Shown here: positions 17,843-26,100 of the stretch, in pieces
Layout: each line of letters starts with the position of its first letter
Position numbering within the stretch: position 1 is the stretch's first letter
IMG/VR virus record: IMGVR_UViG_3300021093_000048
Strand: one strand, 5' to 3'
Source: an uncultured virus (IMG/VR IMGVR_UViG_3300021093_000048)
Taxonomy: Duplodnaviria > Heunggongvirae > Uroviricota > Caudoviricetes
DNA: 64,000 nt
Notes under the pieces: generated by a model
Database searches by the model: none
The model's input: only the letters and a program-made list of their open reading frames with translations
What the model was told of the DNA's origin: nothing
Made by a program: the position numbers and the translations under genes

Positions 17843-19399
17843 TCAACACTTCCAGCGTCTTCTTGCTTTGCAAATCGGTTTATCTGGATCAGCAGAGCAA
17901 TCAATATTGTGCATAGATTGCTGACCTTTAGATCTACTGCAATAATTTTTACGCCGACTTGCATCTTTGCTTCCTGGTTTTGGATCACCAGTTACTGCTG
18001 TCTGAAGTTTAGAACCTGGATTCTCACGACGATATGCTTTAACTGCAGCATCACTCATACCATCAGTTTTATCCTGCTTATTTACTTTCTGCCAATCTTC
18101 ATTAGTTGTGTCTTCACATGTGCATGATCCTTTTGTACCAGCAACTGTGCCAGGTACTCTTCTGCATCCTTTCCAACACTTAAGTGCCTTTTCTTGAAAC
18201 TGTTGAAAAGATATGCCTTCTGATTTGTTACCCCAGTTAGCAGCACCTACCTTACGGCATTTCACTAAAGCACCCGATGCATATGCACTAGGCCATTTCC
18301 TATAACGAGACTTTACCTTGTGGTAGCAAGCATCCTTCTCTTCACTGTAAGTTGCAGTTGCCTCCATATCATGATCAGTACCTTTAATTTTTGATTTTAA
18401 CACTACTGGACACCTATTTTTTCCGTGACATGGACAATCAACACCTTCTTTGGTATGATTACAAAGTTTTTTTTCAATTAAACTTACCAAATCTATTGCT
18501 TCTTGAGTCACGTTTATTGCTTTTCCACTAGCGTTTGGATCTGGATCTTCTCTGCGTTTTTTAGCAGCTCTTCTATTTCTTTCATCCTTATCCATGTTAG
18601 CACGATCATCAGGATCTCTGCAGTATGGTTTAGTTGTTTGTCCAGGTTGTTTAGCACAAGGTTTCCCATCATACTTACCACCAGCCTGAACCCATCCACC
18701 ATCATCAAACCAGTCCTTCAATGAATATCCAGAAGATTTTGCAGATTTGCCATCTGTCTTACCTTCTTTCATGTCCCTTTCAGAAGAATTAACTTTTCCG
18801 AAGCGCATTGCAGCACGATCAGGATTAATTGGTGGTTTAGTTTTTACTTGTGTTTTTCCTGGTTTTGCTTTAGGTCTACCACCTGCTCCATGGAGCAGAC
18901 CTGCTTCGTCAATAACTTCACCTTCTGGATCATATGAGTTATTGATACCACCAACTTTATCAATTGCTTTACCTAGTTTACTCTTTATTCTATCTCTCAA
19001 TGAAGTTTTTGCTGCAGGTTTTACAGATGACTTTCCTTGTATTCTATCAGAATAAGCCTTATAAGATTCTCCAGGACGTAACTTCTTAGGATCTTCTTTT
19101 GGTTTTGATGCAGCAGCACTATCTTCACGAGCACGAAGTTTATTTCCAGCACCACTAATTCTCTTATCCTTTTCTGGATCTGGGTGCCAATAGTCTCCAG
19201 CTTCATTGAAGATTTCGTTATAAGTGGGTGCCATTTTTAGTTGCTCCTGCGTTGCCATTTTATTTGCCGTTGCATACATTACGTCTGTTGCTCTTCCACC
19301 ATAAAGTTTCTTCCAACGATGAAACCCCTTCTTCATACCTTTGACATATCTTTCAGCAGTACGATTTACTGGTGCTTTGGCCCCAAATCCTTCAGCCAT
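17843..19399 (-). CDS. 518-aa basic multi-module protein; candidate internal head polyprotein
   Basis: A string of Lys/Arg-rich and Cys-containing modules separated by short Glu-terminated linkers (see findings). Confidence 0.8.
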   Translation of the reverse strand: MAEGFGAKAPVNRTAERYVKGMKKGFHRWKKLYGGRATDVMYATANKMATQEQLKMAPTYNEIFNEAGDYWHPDPEKDKRISGAGNKLRAREDSAAASKPKEDPKKLRPGESYKAYSDRIQGKSSVKPAAKTSLRDRIKSKLGKAIDKVGGINNSYDPEGEVIDEAGLLHGAGGRPKAKPGKTQVKTKPPINPDRAAMRFGKVNSSERDMKEGKTDGKSAKSSGYSLKDWFDDGGWVQAGGKYDGKPCAKQPGQTTKPYCRDPDDRANMDKDERNRRAAKKRREDPDPNASGKAINVTQEAIDLVSLIEKKLCNHTKEGVDCPCHGKNRCPVVLKSKIKGTDHDMEATATYSEEKDACYHKVKSRYRKWPSAYASGALVKCRKVGAANWGNKSEGISFQQFQEKALKCWKGCRRVPGTVAGTKGSCTCEDTTNEDWQKVNKQDKTDGMSDAAVKAYRRENPGSKLQTAVTGDPKPGSKDASRRKNYCSRSKGQQSMHNIDCSADPDKPICKARRRWKC

Positions 19400-19401
19400 A
19401 T

Positions 19402-19926
19402 TTATCCACCAACAATCTGGACTTCTTCTACCGTAATTGCATTACTGCCTGCAGTGATCTTCACACATCTATGTACATATGCTTTATTACCACTGGTATA
19501 TGCATAGTCAGCAGCTGCAGCAGATGAGTCAATATCTGTAGTAATTGTATTACCAGTTGCTGCAGTAATCGTTTTACCTACAGTATCTGCAGATTCAAAT
19601 GCAGCTGCAATTACTGAAGATGGATCTAGAACTGCAATAAAGTCTCCTACTGCAAATGGATGAGTATCAGTTGTTGCCCCTACAACATCTCCTAGTGTAT
19701 ATACTGCAGTAGCAGAATCTGTTGCAGCCGTGATTGCTGCTCTTCCTGGACTAGCACCCTTTAGAAGAATTGCTTGACCAGCAAAAAGTTGGATAGCAGG
19801 ACCACTACCAAAAGTAACAGTAGATGCAGATGCAGCACTAACTCGGTAGACACCAGTTTTTACAAGTTGATATTCTATTCCAGCCGCAGCAATACTATTT
19901 GTACTTATAACGTTGAGAACGGTCAT
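19402..19926 (-). CDS. Ala/Thr-rich beta-strand protein, probable virion structural protein
   Basis: Probable start MTVLNV at 19926, after a late-promoter motif. Composition is typical of virion proteins. Confidence 0.7.
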   Translation of the reverse strand: MTVLNVISTNSIAAAGIEYQLVKTGVYRVSAASASTVTFGSGPAIQLFAGQAILLKGASPGRAAITAATDSATAVYTLGDVVGATTDTHPFAVGDFIAVLDPSSVIAAAFESADTVGKTITAATGNTITTDIDSSAAAADYAYTSGNKAYVHRCVKITAGSNAITVEEVQIVGG

Positions 19927-19957
19927 ACTAAACTCCAAGTTTTTCTTATCCTATCTT

Positions 19958-20371
19958 CTATTTAGTTTCTTTTAAGTTTTGCTGTTTAAGCAATTTTTGC
20001 AATTCTGCTGTACTACCAACAAATAATGCATTGGTTACGTTGTTTGGACCTTTCTTTGGATCGTCATCCAACTCTTTCATTTTTCTCTGCAGATCAATGA
20101 GTTTATCTGCTACGTCTCCAACGTTTTTAATAAGTTGACCTGCAACTTCATAAGCACGAGGATGATCTGACGCTCGTGCCACATCAAGTATGCCATCTAC
20201 TGCCTCCTGTCCTTTCATAACTAAGTTGTGCAATTGGGCACGAGTAACCTCATAATCTTGTTTGATATCTGGAGACTCGCTTCTTTTCAATAATGGATTT
20301 TCACTTTCATATTTTTGGATTTCAGTTGGTTCAGTGCCAAATACATCATTTAATCCATCAAAAGTACTCAT
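19958..20371 (-). CDS. gp16: Terminase small subunit gp16
   Basis: DYE..R..L, A.ASDHPRAYEV..QLI and NALFVGSTAELQK. Confidence 0.93.
   Translation of the reverse strand: MSTFDGLNDVFGTEPTEIQKYESENPLLKRSESPDIKQDYEVTRAQLHNLVMKGQEAVDGILDVARASDHPRAYEVAGQLIKNVGDVADKLIDLQRKMKELDDDPKKGPNNVTNALFVGSTAELQKLLKQQNLKETK
19959..19966 (-). promoter_or_regulatory. Late promoter variant ACTAAATA
   Basis: Overlaps the gp16 stop, upstream of the 174-aa and 518-aa genes. Confidence 0.55.
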
Positions 20372-20373
20372 AT

Positions 20374-21159
20374 TTAAATTTCCTCATCAACTCCAGTTGT
20401 AGGATTACGTTTTTCGTTATCAGTAAACTCTTCTTTAGTAATACCAAATCCAAAATCATCGTCAGCATCTGCGTCAGTTGGATCTGGCTCAATTGTATAT
20501 CGCACTTCTCGTGGTGCTGTATTTACATTTGTATTTGTATAGTAATCGGTAATCGTCTTTTTAATAATCTTCGCTTCAGTAACAGGACCATATAGGAAGG
20601 TCTTGCAGGTAAAGGTTAGAGTATAAATGATCGCCCTTCTAGTCTCAAAATCTCCTTCGTAATCATCTTCATAGTCAACACTATTGAGGACTACAGGAAC
20701 ATCTTTAGTTTCATTCATCTCATCCAACAATCTAATTGGTAGATTGTAATGCGGTTGAAAATATGGAAGAATCTGCTCAATAATTTGAAGACCATCTTCT
20801 TGAGTTTTCGAAATAATCGTCAATTGAAAACCTAGATTATATGGCACTGGCATGAAAACATTTTTATTTTCATCATCATCTCTTGCTACTTTAATTTTTT
20901 GTGTTGGTGATACTTTCCTTGAAGGATCATAATCAATGCCATCTATTTCAAATGCAATCCTAGGAAGAGTGATCTGCACTCTCTTATTAGTTGGATCTGG
21001 AGTTTGAGCCAACCTTGCGAGGAATTTTTGCTTTGGTCCATATGCTAGAGGTACTTTCATTACCTCATTACCTCTACGAATTTCAATATTATTGAAAAGA
21101 GTACCAAATGCAACAACAGTTTTTCGAAAGACTTCGTGATAAGAATAAGTGCCTAACAT
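20374..21159 (-). CDS. gp15: Tail sheath stabiliser and completion protein gp15
   Basis: FGTLFNNI, KVPLAYGPKQKFLARL, LPR..FE and QI.EQILPYFQP. Confidence 0.95.
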   Translation of the reverse strand: MLGTYSYHEVFRKTVVAFGTLFNNIEIRRGNEVMKVPLAYGPKQKFLARLAQTPDPTNKRVQITLPRIAFEIDGIDYDPSRKVSPTQKIKVARDDDENKNVFMPVPYNLGFQLTIISKTQEDGLQIIEQILPYFQPHYNLPIRLLDEMNETKDVPVVLNSVDYEDDYEGDFETRRAIIYTLTFTCKTFLYGPVTEAKIIKKTITDYYTNTNVNTAPREVRYTIEPDPTDADADDDFGFGITKEEFTDNEKRNPTTGVDEEI

Positions 21160-21161
21160 AG

Positions 21162-22340
21162 TCAGATAGTAGTATCAGTTATTTGTCCAATATGACCGAA
21201 TGGATTGCCCTCGGTAAAATCGATAATATCATCATCCGCTTCTTCAAACGTATAATTTTGGTCGATAGTATCGTCGGTATTAGTATTATTTAGTGTGTTA
21301 TAAGAGAAAGGACTCCACAGAGCACCAGATGTCAACCCCTTAATTGTCTCAGCAGTATTAAATGTGCCCGTGCGATTAATTATCTGCAATTCCCTCGTTG
21401 AAGAATTCCATGATTTGACTTCTGCTCTATTGTCCCTTGGCGATGGGGCGATTGTTATCGTGGGCGCGGCAGCATATCCACTACCAGGATGAGTAAGAGT
21501 TATTCCAGTAACAATACCCGATGCAGAAACCACGGCAGTGCCAGTTGCTGTTGTGCCACCAGGCGGCGGAGCACTAAATGTTACAGATGGAAGTATTAGT
21601 GGATTATAAAATTCACCACCATCAGTAATGCTTGGAGTAGTGACTGCTCCGCTGGATAGTGTTGTTGTTGCGGTTGCTGTATGCAAATTGCCAACTACTT
21701 CTTCGCCAACAGTAAAGTTTCCAACTCCACCAGGATCCATAATCAACTTAATCGCATTTGCGAATGCAGTTTCAATAGCGTCAATTTCAGCAACTCCAGT
21801 ATCCAACTCCTCATCACTATATTCAAAGATCTCGCAACGGCACTCCCAAACATATCCCTTACCAAGTTGATAAAATGGTCTTTCTGCCTCTACAAATTTA
21901 ATTTCAAATAAATGCTTTGTTGCAGGAAACCAGATCAGATCACCTTCATTTGGGCGACCTTCAACATTTAGAGTAGAATTATCATCTACTTTTTGTTTAA
22001 ATTTTTTGCGAGAAAAAATAAAAGTTGTTTTATCTTCAATTCGTACTCCAAATTTTGAAAGTAATTCTCCTTGCCCTTCCCACCCATCAACATTATTTAC
22101 ATACGCCCTAACAGTAAGTGCTTGTGTGAATCTACTATTCTCTACCTCATTTAATATAGTATCTCTATTCACATATGTACGAGGTAAGTAGTAGATATTT
22201 TGACCATAAATTTCAATACTCTCGACAATCAAATTCTCAATAAAAGTTTGCTCTTGTGCAGATCCATTTACATTTAATCTACAAGAACTATCATAATCTG
22301 AGTAGAAGCAATTTGTTGGAGGCGTATTTGAATATGTCAT
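21162..22340 (-). CDS. gp14: Neck protein gp14 with an inserted beta-repeat module
   Basis: ESIEIYG..IYYLPR, LSKFG, RPNEGDLIWFP, PFYQLGK and C-terminal IIDFTEGNPFG. Confidence 0.93.
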   Translation of the reverse strand: MTYSNTPPTNCFYSDYDSSCRLNVNGSAQEQTFIENLIVESIEIYGQNIYYLPRTYVNRDTILNEVENSRFTQALTVRAYVNNVDGWEGQGELLSKFGVRIEDKTTFIFSRKKFKQKVDDNSTLNVEGRPNEGDLIWFPATKHLFEIKFVEAERPFYQLGKGYVWECRCEIFEYSDEELDTGVAEIDAIETAFANAIKLIMDPGGVGNFTVGEEVVGNLHTATATTTLSSGAVTTPSITDGGEFYNPLILPSVTFSAPPPGGTTATGTAVVSASGIVTGITLTHPGSGYAAAPTITIAPSPRDNRAEVKSWNSSTRELQIINRTGTFNTAETIKGLTSGALWSPFSYNTLNNTNTDDTIDQNYTFEEADDDIIDFTEGNPFGHIGQITDTTI

Positions 22341-22341
22341 T

Positions 22342-23145
22342 TTATCCTATTAGATCCATTGGTGGGTATTCATAAGTATTGCGTAGTCTTTCCTCAAGAT
22401 CCTTTTTAAATTGGGAAGCATCTTCTAAAATTTGACGACCATTAAGAGTCACACCACCTAGCATTTGTATACCATCATATTTACTTAGATTGCGTCCCCA
22501 TTGTTGTTGAAATAGTGCTTCTACATAATCTTTCAACCAAGCATCATTATACATGGATGTATAATCATCTGGATCCTGGCGCACAGTGCAATCTACTAAA
22601 ATCCAATCTCCCGCATTTAAACTATCCCAATCAAAATCTAAATATAATCTATTTTGATATTGATTCCATTTCACTCTACGATTAGCTTGAGAATTCGTCA
22701 CCCAATCAAGAGTTTCTAGATATTGAGATGTCATAAAATAATGCAAGATCTGCCCATGAGTCATTCCGTAAATATCATTTAAGAAAATTTGATATTTGAT
22801 ATTGAAGATATTTCCAGGAACTACACTAGAAGCTCCAATATTAGTGTATACATGATTTATTCCAATAACACCATCTGGCATACTTACATAGTTTTTATTT
22901 TCATACCAATTTCCACCAAGAGATTCTGCAGTCTTGGAGGCAGCAATAATGGCATCAGTTACTTGAATTTTAATAAAAGCACCAATACTAGCATCATAAT
23001 GATACTCTTGCATATAATCAATAGCTTCTTCAATTAAATCATCCAACTGCTCATCACAGACATTGATATCTACCGCAGGGTAACCTAACCTACGAAGACA
23101 ATACATTTTTAGTTCTTGTTTTGTTGCGGGTCTAGTTGCTGACAT
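22342..23145 (-). CDS. gp13: Neck protein gp13
   Basis: L..YCLRRLG.P.VDINV..EQL.D and QWGRNLSKY.G.Q..GGVTLNG. Confidence 0.95.
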   Translation of the reverse strand: MSATRPATKQELKMYCLRRLGYPAVDINVCDEQLDDLIEEAIDYMQEYHYDASIGAFIKIQVTDAIIAASKTAESLGGNWYENKNYVSMPDGVIGINHVYTNIGASSVVPGNIFNIKYQIFLNDIYGMTHGQILHYFMTSQYLETLDWVTNSQANRRVKWNQYQNRLYLDFDWDSLNAGDWILVDCTVRQDPDDYTSMYNDAWLKDYVEALFQQQWGRNLSKYDGIQMLGGVTLNGRQILEDASQFKKDLEERLRNTYEYPPMDLIG

Positions 23146-23151
23146 GTCTTA

Positions 23152-26100
23152 TCAAGCGAATGAGGAAATTGTGAGTGTTGTTACATTATTAGCGGAGACT
23201 GTTTCTCCAACCTCAAAGAATCCATCTACAGCGTTAACTGTTGCTGAAGTTGCACCAAGAGCAGTAATGACTCCAGTAGTACCAGTTGTAGCACCAGTAA
23301 GAGTGTTTCCAACTTTCATTTCTTTTACTGCACTAATAGTAATAGTTGCTTGCGGCGTAGTACCACCTGTAATAGTAATCACATCATTTGGCGAATATCC
23401 AGTGCCATCATTGTTAATCGTTACGGAAGTAACAATACCTGCAGTAGCAACAATATTAACAGTCAATCCACTACCAGTGCCACCAGTTGTAGCAACACCA
23501 GTTGAAGTTAGATAACCATTACCACCACTTAGAGTTGCATTGTTAAAAGAGACAACATCTCCAGGAGTGGGATCTCCAGAAAGATTCAATACCAGAGTAG
23601 TATTAGTTTCTAGATTATTTAACATTGCCTTCAATTGTGCAAATGCATTATCTAATTGATCCTGCACTCTTGCTTTAGTATAATAAAGTTTCGTGCCCTC
23701 TGCTAGATTTGTTGTCGTGAAATTAGATATACTGCTTACCTGGCCAGTTACATTACCAGTAACATTACCAGTAACATTACCAGTCAGAGCACCAGAAAAT
23801 GTTGCTGCGGTGACGTTACCAGAGGCATTAAGGCTTGTTGCACCTATAGCCCCAACGGTAATATTAGGAGTTCCAGAAAGACCCGTTGCATTACCAGTTA
23901 CATTACCTGTTACATTACCAATCACATTACCAGTCAAGTTTGCTGTAATTGTGCCCGCAGCAAAGTTTCCAGAGGCATCACGAAGTACGAGGTTATTTGA
24001 AGAATTTCCTGATGTTGATGCAACGTTAATAACGGTATTACCAGCGATACCATCACCATTAGTAATCGTTATACCTGAACTTGCTGTGGCAGAAATACTT
24101 CTTTGTGCATATGTATTTGCTGCGGTTCTCACTACATAACCAGTGCCTGCCATTGCCGCTAAAGCAGTGATATCAGCGTCTACAAATGTAGTAGATATCG
24201 TTACATCTGCACTACCGTTGAAACTAACGGTGCCTGATACTGCCCCGCTTACTGCAATATTACGAGCAGTTTGTAGAGTAGTTGCAGTAGAAGAATTTCC
24301 AGTCAATGCTGCAGTGATTGTGCCAGCAGCAAAGTTTCCAGAAGGATCCCTAACTACAACTGTGTTTGATGTATTTGTTGATGCTGTTGTAAATCCATCT
24401 AATAAATCTGCATTTAAATTATTGACTTTAGTTGTAGATGTAACGATAAATGGTGCCGTGCCACCAGCAACGTTAGATGTAATCACACCATCTACTGTTA
24501 ATGCACCATCGATATTTGCATTAAAATCAACACTTAAAGCAGTGCCAGATCCAGTCAATTTTAAGCTACCAGCACGGAGAGATCCATCGGTACCAGTAAA
24601 TATTTCAGATGAATTGGTTGCAGTAGTTAAGAAAACATATTCTAGCGTTGATCTATCGAGACCGAAGAAACCAACTTTCGCTGTAGTGTCGAAATAACGG
24701 AATTCAACACCACGATCCTTAGAATCATCAGAGACTGGTGCCGTGTCGCCACCCAAAGTAATAATAGGGTCATCGACAGTAGTGACCGTAGAGTTGACCG
24801 TAGTGGTTGTTCCATTGACAGTAAGGTTACCTCCAACAGTTAGATTACCATGTGTTGATACAGCGCCAGTTAAATTAGTGACACCAAAAGCAACTCTGGA
24901 ATTTGTATTATCCCAGATATAAAAATCACCACCGATATATGCGTTTTTGGATACCCTAAGTCCACCATCCGTTGTTAATGAAACCGCATTATCAGCAAAA
25001 CTTGTAACATCATCAACATTAGAAACTGCAACTCTTCCAGCAAATGTCGCATTACCCGATTGAGTTGTTGTCCCACTAATTGTGGAGTTTCCAAAGACTC
25101 TCATGCTACCAGCAACTGCTAGGTTTTTAGCAACTCCAAGACCACCATTAAGTCTAACAGCACCATCAGCAGTGTAAGATACTCCAGATATAGTCTGATC
25201 AGTTGTATTTGTCAGTGAAGTAACACCTGTCACACCGAGAGTGCTATTGATTTGAGTTGCACTGGTGATAGTTGCAGTACCTGCAATAGTTGTATTACCA
25301 GAAGAAGAATCTACAACAAATTTATCAACTGCAGATCCATTTCGAATCTTAAAGAATTCAGTAGAAGCACTATCAGATCCAACGATTGTTACATTCTTAT
25401 TAAATGTTGAGTTATCAGTTACGGTAAAGGTGCCAGATGCACTTGTGTTACCAGTTTGAGCATCAACTGAGAATGTCGTTGCTCCAGCAAGTCCATTCTT
25501 AACAAATAAATCATTTCCGTGATTTGTTATACCGTAAATATCAGTTTGTCCAGTTTGTCCATATACACGGAAAATAACCAAGTCACTACCTGCCTGACTT
25601 CCTGGAGTATAATTTGTATTATGTCTTACTTGTAAATCCCCACCGACATATAAATCATCTCTAATGACAGCGCCACCACGACAGAATATTGAGGAAAACC
25701 AATCATTAAGATAAGTTGGAGTTGCAGTATCGTAGAAGTTTACGTCATCAAAGAATGTTTCTTTATTGTAGTGGTTTACTTCTCCCGCAATTCCACCACC
25801 AGTTGAAGTACCAAAATCGACTGATCCAAATACTTTTAAATTTTCACCAACAATCAAGCTTTTTGCAATATCAACGCCACCAGAAACTAATAGAGCCCCT
25901 GGATGTGAGGCCATCGATGAATATGTCGTGCCAGAGGTGATTGATCCTGCAAAATTGGCATCAGTGGTATTACTTAATGTTGTAATACCACTAACTGCCA
26001 ATGTTGAAGATAGAGTTGTGCCTTGACTAACTCTAAGTTGCTTAGCAATACCTACACCACCAGAAGTGATAATAGATCCTGTTGTGGTTGAAGTTGAATC

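Noticed and set aside
23744..23935. Short tandem repeats as a possible CRISPR array or contingency locus
   Set aside because: They are in-frame 12-bp units encoding TGNV, with no spacers. Copy-number change would not shift the frame.
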